Assembly (NCBI RefSeq): GCF_000019605.1
Contig: NC_010482.1
Location: forward strand, 690,001 to 722,000
From: Candidatus Korarchaeum cryptofilum OPF8
Lineage (GTDB): Archaea > Korarchaeota > Korarchaeia > Korarchaeales > Korarchaeaceae
Direction: 5' to 3'
DNA length: 32,000 bases
Shown: positions 1-9,333 of the stretch, piece after piece
Position numbering within the stretch: position 1 is the stretch's first letter
How the letters are laid out: every line of letters starts with the position of its first letter
The notes under the pieces: generated by a model
Seen by the model: the letters and a program-made list of their open reading frames with translations, nothing else
The model's database searches: none
Told to the model about the DNA's origin: nothing
Translations under genes and position numbers: made by a program

Positions 1-110
1 CATTCCAAATATTCCTCAGTGATACTGCCTAAGCTCCTGCCCCTGATGGCAGCGATCTTCTTAACCTCATTCGGCAAGCCATCCACGATCAGGGGCTTCT
101 CCTTGACCAT
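1..110 (-). CDS. partial CDS (continues beyond left window edge); possible small ribbon-helix-helix/CopG-like protein
   Basis: The reverse-strand ATG at 110..108 opens MVKEKPLIVDGLPNEVKKIAAIRGRSLGSITEEYLE... with no stop before position 1. The strand-then-helix pattern resembles RHH regulators or antitoxins. It is too short for the ORF track. Confidence 0.3.
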   Translation of the reverse strand, partial: MVKEKPLIVDGLPNEVKKIAAIRGRSLGSITEEYLE

Positions 111-617
111 CCGGATCCATGTATACGGATATGAGACATAAAAGATTTTCTGATGGAAGATGCTCCGCATGGAGATGAGGATTCGGGAAGTATTTTAAGC
201 TTAAAAATGACTACTGTGAGGAGAATCGTACGGCATTGGGTTTATTGTGGGCAGCTTAGTTCTTCGAATGAGAGTAATAGAGATCATTGCTGCTACTTTA
301 GAGGCGAGACTAATACTCGAGGAGATTGAGAGCTAAAAACTCTGGAATCGCTCAATTATCATTTGGATGCCCCTGCGGGATTTCGGATTACATGTCAACA
401 GAGACCTACGCGGAGCAGGATTTAGCTGAGGGATTTTCTGGAAAAAGCACTACTGATTCACGGGATGAGATAAATGAAAGAGGAAGAGCTTCGGAATTCA
501 TGCCGGAAGGATTCAAACGGAGAGCCCGGCCGATCCTAGAAGGTTCATTAAGATGTGAAAGTTAAGGGATTACCGATTCAGCATCAATTAAAAATAACGA
601 AAAGGGTAGCTGCCCAC

Positions 618-2768
618 TCACGCCGGAGGCTTGGCCCTAATGCGTAGCAGGAGGATCGCTATTATGAGGGCTATCGCCACTACCGCTATGAGGAGCAGCC
701 CCGTGAGGTCGAGTGAAAGCGGGGGCTGAGACGGGGAAGGTGAGGGAGCTGGAGATTGAGTTTGAGTAGTTGATGTTTGAGTTGAAGTTGGGGGCTGGGT
801 TTGAGTAGTTGAGGATGTTTGGGGCTGGGGGGTTGAAGATTGAGTTTGAGTAGTTGATGTTTGAGGCGGGACTTGAGTAGTTGAAGTTGGGGTCTGGGTG
901 GCCTGGGAGGTTGGAGGTGAGATTACCTGCAGCTGGAATGTCTTCCTATCCATTATGTCCCACCTACCCGCGGATTGATAGCAGGCCCTTATCTCGTATG
1001 TGTAGCTGCCGGGTGAGGATGGAGCGTTAAATGTCGCTGTATATGATAGATCACCAGTCCCGCTTCTAGAGACTGAGCTGTCAGGATTGCCCCAGACACA
1101 GTCCCAGTAGCTATTGGTCCACCTGCATATCGATACTAACACGCTCGTGCTTCCGATTATCTCATAGTGGACTGTGACCGGAACCGGTACGCTGCTGCCC
1201 GCTGAAGCCGTGGGTGGTGCAGCGAAGTTCATGATTATCACTTTCGCTACTATCGGTACCTGTATGCTGAAATCCCTGCTATCGTTCACTGTAAAACTGG
1301 ATAGAGAGGGCCCATAACCGACTTCCAACCTGTATGTGTAGCTGCCGGGGGAGGATGGAGCGTTAAATGTCGCTGTATATGATAGATCACCGGTCCCATC
1401 CTTAGATCCGAAGTCGTAACTCCAGACCTCGGTAGCGCCTGAGGTTATCCTCGCGAGGACGTGCGTGGGTGCTAAGGTCTCGTAGTGGATCGTCATCGGG
1501 ACCGATACCCTAATTCCAGGTGGAGCTGTAGCCGGGGCACCGAGGCTTGAGATGCTCACCTTGATCCGCAACAGAGGGGTCATGGGAGGAACTGTTATGG
1601 GAGTGCGGAAGTAGAGCCCGCGGGGCAGGTAGTCAATGTTATTAGGATTGATACTGTATGGAGTATCCACGATACCATCGGATCCACTCTGATCCTGGTT
1701 TGGACCTTTCTTCGCATCAGTTCCCCTGCAATCGCTCCAGTAGTTCCCTCCCGTTGGATAGCTAGCGTTCCAGTAGTTTTGCTCCATCGTAGCGGACACT
1801 TGCACGTTGTTGTTGGTGAAGTTATTGAGCCAAAATCTGTTTCCGGAGGAGCTGGAGAGGTAGACCCCATTACCGTTGTTTGTTATGTTGTTCTCGTGAA
1901 TATTATTTCCGTTGGAGCCCGTGAGGTAGATACCATATCCGTTCCCCCTTATCGTGTTCCCGGCTATCGTGTTACTATTGGAGGAGGAAAGCCTTATGCC
2001 ATAGTCCCTGTTTGATTCTATTGTGTTTCCTAGGAAAGTGTTACCAGGAGAGCGGACATCAATGCCAGCACCGTTCGCTGTTATCGTATTTCCCTGGATG
2101 GTATTTCCGGAACCGCCGACGATTATGCCTCTCTCACCATTATTTCTTAAGGTGTTATATTTGATAATGTTGCCGTCGGAGCCGGAGAGGAGGATGCCCC
2201 TATAGTTGCTTTCTATGATGCTTCCTTTGATCGTATTTCCGCTGGAGGAATGGATGTAGATTGCTTCCTCATGGCTGCTTTCTATGATGCTCTCTGCCGT
2301 AGTAATAACACCTATTCTTATATTAGAGATGACGTTGTTAGAAGATACTTCCATAAAAATTCCATAGTTATTTTCTATTAAGTGGTTCCCCAGGATCGAA
2401 ATTTCACTGGAACGTATGAGGCCGATGCCACTATGGTATTCTCTGATGGTGGTCCTCATCACAGTCACATTATTTCTACCCTCTAGATATATTCCTACGA
2501 CATTTTCAGGCCCTTTAATCGTGTGGCCATTTCCATTGATGATTATGTTGTCTCTTTCCACCACAATCCCGTATCCAGTGGTTGTGATATCACCAGTTAT
2601 ATCATAATGAACTCTGTCAGGGGTCGATATAGGAGGAGGAGATGCACCCGATGGACGCCAATCAATGTCCCCATTGGACCTTATATAAATTGTTTCACCG
2701 CTCCATAGGATACGCGCGTGCACCTGCTGAAAATTCCCGGAAATACCAGCGATGAGGAGTCCTAACAT
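618..2768 (-). CDS. cell-surface protein: right-handed parallel beta-helix (PbH1/NosD-like) repeats, two duplicated ~112-aa beta-rich domains, Thr/Gln/Pro stalk and C-terminal TM anchor
   Basis: 716-aa ORF with a hydrophobic N-terminus (LGLLIAGISG..VHA). It has many 'N.I.GN.I..N..GI.L'-type repeats and two copies of '...GTGDLSYTATFNAPSSPGSYTY...'. A 'TSTTQTQ'-type stalk precedes the C-terminal 'LLLIAVVAIALIIAILLLRIRAK'. The frame stays open upstream of ATG 2768 to 2801 (GGILRKFLSLL), which would give a better signal-peptide n-region, so the true start is uncertain. Confidence 0.85.
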   Translation of the reverse strand: MLGLLIAGISGNFQQVHARILWSGETIYIRSNGDIDWRPSGASPPPISTPDRVHYDITGDITTTGYGIVVERDNIIINGNGHTIKGPENVVGIYLEGRNNVTVMRTTIREYHSGIGLIRSSEISILGNHLIENNYGIFMEVSSNNVISNIRIGVITTAESIIESSHEEAIYIHSSSGNTIKGSIIESNYRGILLSGSDGNIIKYNTLRNNGERGIIVGGSGNTIQGNTITANGAGIDVRSPGNTFLGNTIESNRDYGIRLSSSNSNTIAGNTIRGNGYGIYLTGSNGNNIHENNITNNGNGVYLSSSSGNRFWLNNFTNNNVQVSATMEQNYWNASYPTGGNYWSDCRGTDAKKGPNQDQSGSDGIVDTPYSINPNNIDYLPRGLYFRTPITVPPMTPLLRIKVSISSLGAPATAPPGIRVSVPMTIHYETLAPTHVLARITSGATEVWSYDFGSKDGTGDLSYTATFNAPSSPGSYTYRLEVGYGPSLSSFTVNDSRDFSIQVPIVAKVIIMNFAAPPTASAGSSVPVPVTVHYEIIGSTSVLVSICRWTNSYWDCVWGNPDSSVSRSGTGDLSYTATFNAPSSPGSYTYEIRACYQSAGRWDIMDRKTFQLQVISPPTSQATQTPTSTTQVPPQTSTTQTQSSTPQPQTSSTTQTQPPTSTQTSTTQTQSPAPSPSPSQPPLSLDLTGLLLIAVVAIALIIAILLLRIRAKPPA
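720..900 (-). repeat. low-complexity tandem repeats encoding the Thr/Gln/Pro/Ser-rich stalk
   Basis: An exact 28-bp copy 'gattgagtttgagtagttgatgtttgag' occurs at 754-781 and 838-865 (84 bp = 28 codons apart), embedded in related degenerate units. Confidence 0.8.
996..1061 (-). repeat. 66-bp near-identical intragenic repeat, copy A
   Basis: 'gtatgtgtagctgccgggTgaggatggagcgttaaatgtcgctgtatatgatagatcaccAgtccc' matches copy B at 1332-1397 with 2 mismatches. The copies are offset by 336 bp (112 codons). Confidence 0.9.
1332..1397 (-). repeat. 66-bp near-identical intragenic repeat, copy B
   Basis: Same sequence as 996-1061 except G at the 19th base and G at the 61st. It encodes 'GTGDLSYTATFNAPSSPGSYTY'. 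Confidence 0.9.
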
Positions 2769-2820
2769 CAGGAGGGAGAGGAACTTCCTCAGTATACCAC
2801 CTTAATTTTGAGAGGCATGC

Positions 2821-2832
2821 TTATATAAATTT
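2821..2832 (-). promoter_or_regulatory. candidate archaeal TATA box for the surface-protein gene
   Basis: The reverse strand reads 'aaaTTTATATAAg', centred ~57 nt upstream of ATG 2768 and ~25 nt upstream of the start of the open frame at 2801. An 'aaggtgg' SD-like element lies between. Confidence 0.3.
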
Positions 2833-3172
2833 TTGGTCTTATATTAATTTCCATCAAAATAACTTCTGGAAGTGGAGTCATCAATAAATATAGATTTTTG
2901 AGTACTGATTAATGAAAGTTTCATGTAAGATGCAAAGAAATGTTAAGAGAATGGAATTTTTGGAGAAGTTAAATAATATATCCATATTTATATGATTTAT
3001 TAAGAAATTTAAAGTATTGCAATCGAGACTTCGTTGAGAAGGGTATGCGATTGATCATTTTAACCCTAAACTGTCGAATTTATTAAGAAATCTCACCTCA
3101 TTGCTTAAAAATTTTAATCGTTATAAGCGGGAGGTAGCTCCTAATTCGATCGCGTCTATAGGCCATTACGAT

Positions 3173-3979
3173 TTATATCAGGAAGAGCGGTAGGCTCAGG
3201 CACGTCACACCCCCGTCGCACTTCCTGAACTCCGAAACATCCACCTCCACTATTCTATAGCCCTCCCTCCTCAGCCTCTCAGCTGTCCTTGGATACCCCT
3301 GGGGCATGAGTATCCTGTTCTCTCCAAGGTAGAGGACGTTCGCAGCATATGCTTCCTCTAGAGGCACGTTTATCTGCCTGAAGCCGCTGAAGTACTTTGA
3401 ATCCACTAGCTCAGGCACGATCACGACCTTCCTATTTCCTACGTAGTTCACTGCAGAGAGGAGATGGAATACTCTCTCAGTGGGTACCGATACAACTTCC
3501 TGCCCTAAGAAAGACCTGAGGGCCTCAGCTCCACCCTCATTCGTCCTGGTCGTGAGCCCGACGAAAGCTAAGCCGAGGTCCGTGATCATGATATCCCCTC
3601 CCTCCAGTGTCGCCGGCGCCTCCACATTGACAGCAGTGAAGCCTAGCTCTCCCAGGAACTCCCTGACGCTGGCTTCCTCACCCCTCCTGCTTGGCTCCCC
3701 GAACCTCGAGATTAACGCTTTTCTGTTTAAAGCTCTAGCTAAAGCTGTGTCCTGTATGAAGACAGAGTCTGGAAATCCATCGAGGCTCGGCAGCTTCTTC
3801 ACATCTATCCCCTCTTCCCGCAGAGCGCTAACGTAGTCTTCATGCTGCTTGAGGGCCAAGCTCAGGTCTACAGTATCCTTGAGCGGGTGGGTTGAGACGC
3901 ACCTGGGGAACTCGCGTGAGGGGGGCCTCACCAGAGCTGCGTTGAAGAGCTCACCCGAACTTCGGCTCATGGGCATCAT
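3173..3979 (-). CDS. amidinotransferase-superfamily enzyme, dimethylarginine dimethylaminohydrolase (DDAH)/arginine-deiminase-like
   Basis: 268-aa ORF with 'VFIQDTA', 'LEGGDIM' and 'VFHLLS'. The C-terminal catalytic-Cys-type motif is 'KCDGGVTCLSLPL'. Confidence 0.75.
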   Translation of the reverse strand: MMPMSRSSGELFNAALVRPPSREFPRCVSTHPLKDTVDLSLALKQHEDYVSALREEGIDVKKLPSLDGFPDSVFIQDTALARALNRKALISRFGEPSRRGEEASVREFLGELGFTAVNVEAPATLEGGDIMITDLGLAFVGLTTRTNEGGAEALRSFLGQEVVSVPTERVFHLLSAVNYVGNRKVVIVPELVDSKYFSGFRQINVPLEEAYAANVLYLGENRILMPQGYPRTAERLRREGYRIVEVDVSEFRKCDGGVTCLSLPLFLI

Positions 3980-4113
3980 AATGGAGCGGTCACTGACAAA
4001 TATATTCTGGTGAGGATATGAGCTCCTGAAGGTGGCAGATTTATGGAAATTCCTTTATCAGTTTGAGGAATTTCAGAGAATTCTCAGCGAGAAGGGGATC
4101 GTAATGCGCTTAA

Positions 4114-7100
4114 TCACCTCTTCATGACATAGATTCTGAATACCTTCCCCCTCAGCATGTTAGCGACTCTATGAAGTGTTGGATGAGTGGCGAGAAAGAA
4201 TATTGCCTCTGCTCCGGCCAACTTTTCCCTCATCGCTTCCCCATCTAAATGCCTAACTTCCTCCCTCTTTATATTCAAGACCACTGGCTCCATCAGGGGG
4301 AGACCGTAATTCTTCATCTTCTCTTCCAACTTGCTCAGGATCATCTTCCTGTAACCGTGGGGCACTAAGAAAGCCAGCTTCATCCCTGGGACCCCGTTTT
4401 CCACCATATAGAGTAATGCTACAAAGGATAGGAGCTCGCAAAGATATTCCTTATTTATATATGCGGCCCTATAGTGTATATAACCGTTCCTCATTAGGGG
4501 GTTGTAGTACTTCAAGAATTCCCTGTGATCCTCGATTACCTGCTCCCTCAACCCCCGGACCATGCCCCTGTAAAGCTCCTCTATTGAACTTGAGAGGTAC
4601 TCCTCTATCCTTCTCTTCGCGATAGAGTCCCTCTCCTCCCTAGATGCTTTCAGCAGGAGTGAGGAGAACTCGTTCATTAGGTAGAGGGAGAAGAGAGTGT
4701 GGAATTGGTCATCGGAGATGAAAGCAGCTACTTCCTCAATTGGAACCCTCTTTATCGAGCTCACCTTTATTGCCTGCGTGGGGACGTTCGTCACAGGGAT
4801 CCAGTTCTGCTTCCGGTGTTCACTCACTATTATATCTCCACTCTCGCTGAGATACAGATCGCCCCGGCCGACGGCCTGAGCGTCGCCCGTCAGGCCCTTA
4901 CCATTTATGGGATATAGGGGTCCTTTGAACGATCTCCTGTCAACCAGCACGAATTTCTCGCGTACTATATCGTAATTGAGAATATTTAGATTGGATAGTG
5001 TGTTCAAAGCCCTCTCAATAGCGTTCTCGAGGAATTCGGGCAGGCGGCCCTGAGACCTCAGAGAATCCATTAAATCGCTCTCATCGTACTTCCACAGGAG
5101 GAGAGGAGCTAGGAGAATCATCGGAACAGATGCCCCCTCATCCGCACGCGATATAGCAGAATAAATTTTAGTTACGAGCATTGGATCCAGCAACGTCCTC
5201 TTTATTAGTGCCAGCCTGCGCTCATAATCGTATCCCGGGGAGTAGAGCATGACAGCTCTGCAGATTTTACCGTCCCTGCCTCCCCTCCCTATCTCCTGAT
5301 AGTAATCTTCTATGCTCTCTGGCATCATGTAGTGGACGACCCACCTCACGTTGGGGATATCCACCCCCAGACCGAAGGCCTTAGTGGCCACCACTATCCT
5401 TGGCTCCTTAGCTTCCCCTCTGCTGACTCTGTAAATCCTGTTAAGGACATCTTTCTTCTCCGAATCGCTCATCTGGCCGTGAAAATAGATGACGTTTCTC
5501 CCGAGATTCTCGGAGAGGAAATCAGCTATATATGGGGCGTTCTCATGCTCCTTAGTGGACCTCACGAATCCAGTGTATATTATGCCGAGCCAGGGAGAGC
5601 TTCCTGAGAAACTATCGGCCCACCTGGATAGCTCACTTACCACATTAAGCAGCTTATATAATCTTTCTTGACCGCTGGGTGCCTCCACAACATCTATTAT
5701 TATATTATCCCTTATCGCAGGCCCCTTGAAAACCTTTACCTGCTCTGTATCTGGCTTTGATGGATCGAAGTCTGTGTTGAAATCTATTTCCTCCATATTG
5801 AACTTCTCATCCCCTGTCAGGACCTTGATCACCTCCTCCAATCCCTTTCCCGGCAGAGTCGCGGTGAAGCCAGCTAGAGGCAACCAGAGGCCATATTCCC
5901 TGCTCCTCTTGATGTACTGAGCTAGATACTCGTAGCTCGGCCTGAAAGTCCTGCCCCATTTGTAAAGCGTGTGGATCTCATCTATCACCAGGTAATTTAT
6001 GTCGGCCCTCTCGAGGCTCCTCCTGACTTCCTCCTTCTCCAGCTGCTCGGGGGTGATGTAAACTATATCGTATCCCCCTCTAGCCAGCCCCCTTATGTAC
6101 TCATCCAGCCTGTCGCGCGCCATACTCGTGATAGCGCAGGCCCTCACCCCTCTGGACAGCAGGCTGTTGAGGTGATCCTCTATAAGGGCCAGCAATGGGG
6201 AGATAACGACGGTAGTCCCTCCAATTTTCCTCCTCAGGAAGAGGGCGACCGATTGGAATATGAGGGATTTCCCGGAGCCCGTGGGCAGTATAGCTATCGA
6301 GAAAGGTCTGTCTAGCAGGAGTCCCTGATATGTATAGGGCATCAGCAACCGGGCCACCAGTCTCCTCTGATATGGCCTTAATGAGAAGCCCCAGACATCC
6401 CTAACAATCTCCTCTAGCTCTTTTATGGCTTCCTTCAGGGAGGGGAAGGTTGCGTAGGACATACTAATGGGTGGCGCCAGAGGCCTGACCTCCACTTCCT
6501 CCACGAAATCGCTCAAGTTGAGCCGCCTGATCAACTCCCTATCCGCGTTCACTATGATGCAAGTCCCTCCAGATAGACGCAGGACCTCCACTAGGGACTT
6601 CAGCATCACCTCCTCTCCCGATCTGACGAGGGTCCTGGTCGAATAGAGCACTATATTGTAGCCCATGGAAGCGAATTTGTTCACCCTCTCGAGGGTCCTG
6701 ATGAGATCCCCCGAGCGATGCACCTCCGCCCTAGCCCTCATGCGGTAAGATACTTCCCTAGAGACGATCTCTTCAGCGGAGTTGGACACGAGCACGAGGC
6801 TCCTCCCCCTCTGAATGACCGCAGCAAGCAACCCTCCGAAGAGGTTGGAGTGACGGGAGCTCTTATCGATCCCATCCTTTACCAGATAGAGAGTCCTCTT
6901 CACCTCGGGCCTCCTGTATTCCACATCGACAGCGAGATCGAAGGGTGTCTCCAGCTCCACCTTGCTGAAGGTAGCAGATAACTGCTTCAGCAGGCTCGAG
7001 TAATCCTGATAATAGGCCCTCAGGAGGTAAGCCCCTCTGAGGACTATCTTGGACTCCGCCCTCCCCCTCATCCTCCCTAGGAGATCCTTCAGGTACCTGT

Positions 7101-8331
7101 ACTCGACCACGAATCCCTCGGATGGGTCCCTCAGTTGATTGTCCCTCGTTATCCTCTCCACTACCGATGCCAGGGCCTTCTTCAGATCCTCATAAGGCAT
7201 CTCAAGTGCTCTAAGCCTCTCAGGATCCCCTCCGGCTGCGGCGAATGACTTCGCGATAGTTAAGGCGAGCCTCTGGAGGGGAGTGAGGTCCCCTAAATCG
7301 GAGGATGGATCCAAGCTCTTCGGATACCAGGCATCGGAGAAGCTCGAAGCATCTATCGTGACCACTACCTCCCCTCTCTTAGACCCCCTCACCCTGAGCT
7401 GGCGAAAATCCGTCGCAACTTCCGGTATTCTCACTTCCCTCAGACCGGAGAGCGGTTCAAAAGGCACAGCTTTTATCTCCGGGAGTATGCCCTTCCTCTT
7501 CGCTACATGGATGAGCTTCGGGAGTATCGTGAGGGATGCGTGAGCATCTTCATCCGCTCTGTGGGGCGTGTAATCCACTTTGAACAGGAAGGAGAGGCCC
7601 TCGAGTGAGTGGCTGAGGGCCTCGGGTACCGAGATCAGTGCTAATGCGTAGGTATCTATGAACCTCACATCCCCGAAATGGACTCCCCAGGATCTCAGGA
7701 CGTCGATATCGAAGGAGTAGATGTTATGGCCCACCAAGACCCTGAACCTCCTGATCAATTTCGAGAGGAAAGCCTGGGGGATGGAACCGTAAGTCTCGGA
7801 GATTTCCTCAGGCTTTATGTTGAGTCTAGCCAGCTCCTTCCAATCGCTGCTCCTCAATGCTATTAGACCTATTTCCCTCGGCTTCTTATCGTACTCTATC
7901 TCGGTCTCTATATCCAGCCCCAGGATATCGCTCTCACGGAGGAAGTATACCCTGTCGTCAGCTATCCTCAAACGCCCTATGATAGCGAGGAATTTGTTGA
8001 ACTCCCCCCTGAAGAATAGTAGATCTATGCCTGCCGATATTAATCCCCTGTCCATGAGTAGGATACTCAGCCTTGAGCCCGATAGCAACTTGAAGACTCT
8101 ACCTACGTCTTTATGCCGAATTGCATCCTCCAGCTCGTCATTGATCCTCTTCCTGTAGTAGAGGATCGATATTAGGATGAGCAGAGCAATTATGCCCAGT
8201 ATTGAGGGGCTTAGGATGCTATTCTCAATAATAGCACCCTTCGGGAGCCCCATCCCCTCCAAGTATCGGCACCGCACTGAATTACCGGAAAATAATAAAA
8301 GATTGTGTGAAGCTGCGACGGAGGAGCCCAT
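4114..8331 (-). CDS. 1405-aa fusion: N-terminal TM helix + DnaQ-like DEDDh 3'-5' exonuclease + RecQ-family DExH helicase + ~400-aa unknown C-terminal region
   Basis: TM segment 'ILGIIALLILISILYY' (~8157-8208). Exo I is 'LGLDIETE', Exo II 'VGHNIYSFDIDVL' and Exo III 'HRADEDAHAS' (~7490-7930). RecQ motifs are 'ILPTGSGKSLIFQ', 'VISPLLALIEDH', 'LVIDEIHTLYKWGRTFRPSY', 'GFTAT', 'VATKAFGLGVDIPNVRWVVHY' and 'YYQEIGRGGRDG' (~5250-6400). An alternative start is M27 at 8253. Confidence 0.9.
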   Translation of the reverse strand: MGSSVAASHNLLLFSGNSVRCRYLEGMGLPKGAIIENSILSPSILGIIALLILISILYYRKRINDELEDAIRHKDVGRVFKLLSGSRLSILLMDRGLISAGIDLLFFRGEFNKFLAIIGRLRIADDRVYFLRESDILGLDIETEIEYDKKPREIGLIALRSSDWKELARLNIKPEEISETYGSIPQAFLSKLIRRFRVLVGHNIYSFDIDVLRSWGVHFGDVRFIDTYALALISVPEALSHSLEGLSFLFKVDYTPHRADEDAHASLTILPKLIHVAKRKGILPEIKAVPFEPLSGLREVRIPEVATDFRQLRVRGSKRGEVVVTIDASSFSDAWYPKSLDPSSDLGDLTPLQRLALTIAKSFAAAGGDPERLRALEMPYEDLKKALASVVERITRDNQLRDPSEGFVVEYRYLKDLLGRMRGRAESKIVLRGAYLLRAYYQDYSSLLKQLSATFSKVELETPFDLAVDVEYRRPEVKRTLYLVKDGIDKSSRHSNLFGGLLAAVIQRGRSLVLVSNSAEEIVSREVSYRMRARAEVHRSGDLIRTLERVNKFASMGYNIVLYSTRTLVRSGEEVMLKSLVEVLRLSGGTCIIVNADRELIRRLNLSDFVEEVEVRPLAPPISMSYATFPSLKEAIKELEEIVRDVWGFSLRPYQRRLVARLLMPYTYQGLLLDRPFSIAILPTGSGKSLIFQSVALFLRRKIGGTTVVISPLLALIEDHLNSLLSRGVRACAITSMARDRLDEYIRGLARGGYDIVYITPEQLEKEEVRRSLERADINYLVIDEIHTLYKWGRTFRPSYEYLAQYIKRSREYGLWLPLAGFTATLPGKGLEEVIKVLTGDEKFNMEEIDFNTDFDPSKPDTEQVKVFKGPAIRDNIIIDVVEAPSGQERLYKLLNVVSELSRWADSFSGSSPWLGIIYTGFVRSTKEHENAPYIADFLSENLGRNVIYFHGQMSDSEKKDVLNRIYRVSRGEAKEPRIVVATKAFGLGVDIPNVRWVVHYMMPESIEDYYQEIGRGGRDGKICRAVMLYSPGYDYERRLALIKRTLLDPMLVTKIYSAISRADEGASVPMILLAPLLLWKYDESDLMDSLRSQGRLPEFLENAIERALNTLSNLNILNYDIVREKFVLVDRRSFKGPLYPINGKGLTGDAQAVGRGDLYLSESGDIIVSEHRKQNWIPVTNVPTQAIKVSSIKRVPIEEVAAFISDDQFHTLFSLYLMNEFSSLLLKASREERDSIAKRRIEEYLSSSIEELYRGMVRGLREQVIEDHREFLKYYNPLMRNGYIHYRAAYINKEYLCELLSFVALLYMVENGVPGMKLAFLVPHGYRKMILSKLEEKMKNYGLPLMEPVVLNIKREEVRHLDGEAMREKLAGAEAIFFLATHPTLHRVANMLRGKVFRIYVMKR

Positions 8332-8488
8332 ACCGAGCGGGCAATGAGGGGTTTCTGAGATACCTCATCAGACTCTCCTCAAGTGAGATTTAATCCTGCT
8401 TGCAAGTTCATCTAAGTAATTCTTATTAATTAACAGGCTCAATTATAAATGATTCAATATTGTATCTTATGGGTGTTAATAATAGTTA

Positions 8489-8887
8489 TCAAAAGAATAA
8501 GAGAAAAACAGGGAATCCTGAGTAGGCTTTTAGGACGAGGATTCTACTCAGGATCTCAAGGTTGAGGATATGGCCAATTTCTTTTGCTGCTCTTTTTATG
8601 AGTAGAAAGTCATTATAGTATGTAATCAGCTTTTCTTTTCTGTTGACGGCTATTGATGCCACTAACAAATCAGCGAAAGCTTGTGGAGCACCCATCTTAA
8701 GTAGCACCAGCTGCAAAGTGTGGGCCATCTTGAAATCAATCCTTACTGGAAATATCACCTTTCCATAAAAATGGTTGTAGTAGACAATCCTCGGATATTC
8801 GATGAATGTAACAGCCTTTATATCCTCATCAATGGGTTTCCTTGACCTGATCCTGTCAATAGCAACGCTAGTATCGAGAATTGTCAT
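8489..8887 (-). CDS. vapC: PIN-domain toxin (VapC-like)
   Basis: The N-terminal 'MTILDTSVAI' carries the first PIN acidic residue, and 'DLLVASIAV....LITYYNDF' is a late PIN motif. An ATGA start/stop overlap joins it to the upstream small gene. The hydrophobic C-terminal tail is atypical. Confidence 0.65.
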   Translation of the reverse strand: MTILDTSVAIDRIRSRKPIDEDIKAVTFIEYPRIVYYNHFYGKVIFPVRIDFKMAHTLQLVLLKMGAPQAFADLLVASIAVNRKEKLITYYNDFLLIKRAAKEIGHILNLEILSRILVLKAYSGFPVFLLFF

Positions 8888-9132
8888 TTAATCCTCCTCT
8901 TCTCCTTCTCCCTGAGCTCCTTCACGTCATATACCTCTAAATCCTCTGTTAAATCCTCAGGTCTGATGCCAAGCTCCCTTCTGAGCTCCTCTATGCTCGC
9001 TACACCGTATAACTCCGAAACAAGCTCATTCACAGCTTTTTTAAACTCCTCCTCGGAAAGCCAGGAGGGAATTCTTATCCTGATTTCCTTTGACATCTTG
9101 GTTTTTGGCAACAGGACTTTATAAGTCTTCAT
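8884..9132 (-). CDS. vapB: small antitoxin-like protein paired with the PIN toxin (VapB-like)
   Basis: 82-aa charged ORF. Its TGA overlaps the vapC ATG (reverse strand 'aaATGA' at 8887..8884). A likelier start is 'MSKEIRIRIP' at 9096. Confidence 0.5.
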   Translation of the reverse strand: MKTYKVLLPKTKMSKEIRIRIPSWLSEEEFKKAVNELVSELYGVASIEELRRELGIRPEDLTEDLEVYDVKELREKEKRRIK

Positions 9133-9333
9133 ACAGCACAGCTAAGTATCACAAAAATGAAATTGCTTACTTCCGAGCTCTAAAACAAGCTCTATCTAGC
9201 ATGGTCTCTCCCGATTTTATCAGATTCTCCTCTCTGTTGTACTCTATAAGGCCTGAATAGACACCCCAATGAATGAGGCAGTTGAACGCCTCCTCTAAAC
9301 TGCTGCAGTAGCAAAATCCACCTTTAGATGCTA

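Noticed and set aside
326-565. 79-aa plus-strand ORF in the first intergenic region
   Set aside because: It has no recognisable motif, no SD or TATA in a sensible position, and a mixed-composition sequence. It is most likely a chance ORF in GC-richer spacer DNA.
4253-8158. Many 60-114-aa ORFs on the plus strand, and an out-of-frame minus-strand ORF, inside the exonuclease-RecQ gene
   Set aside because: They lie wholly inside a long ORF with strong motif support and have low-complexity, Ser/Pro/Leu/Arg-rich translations typical of shadow frames in GC-rich coding DNA.
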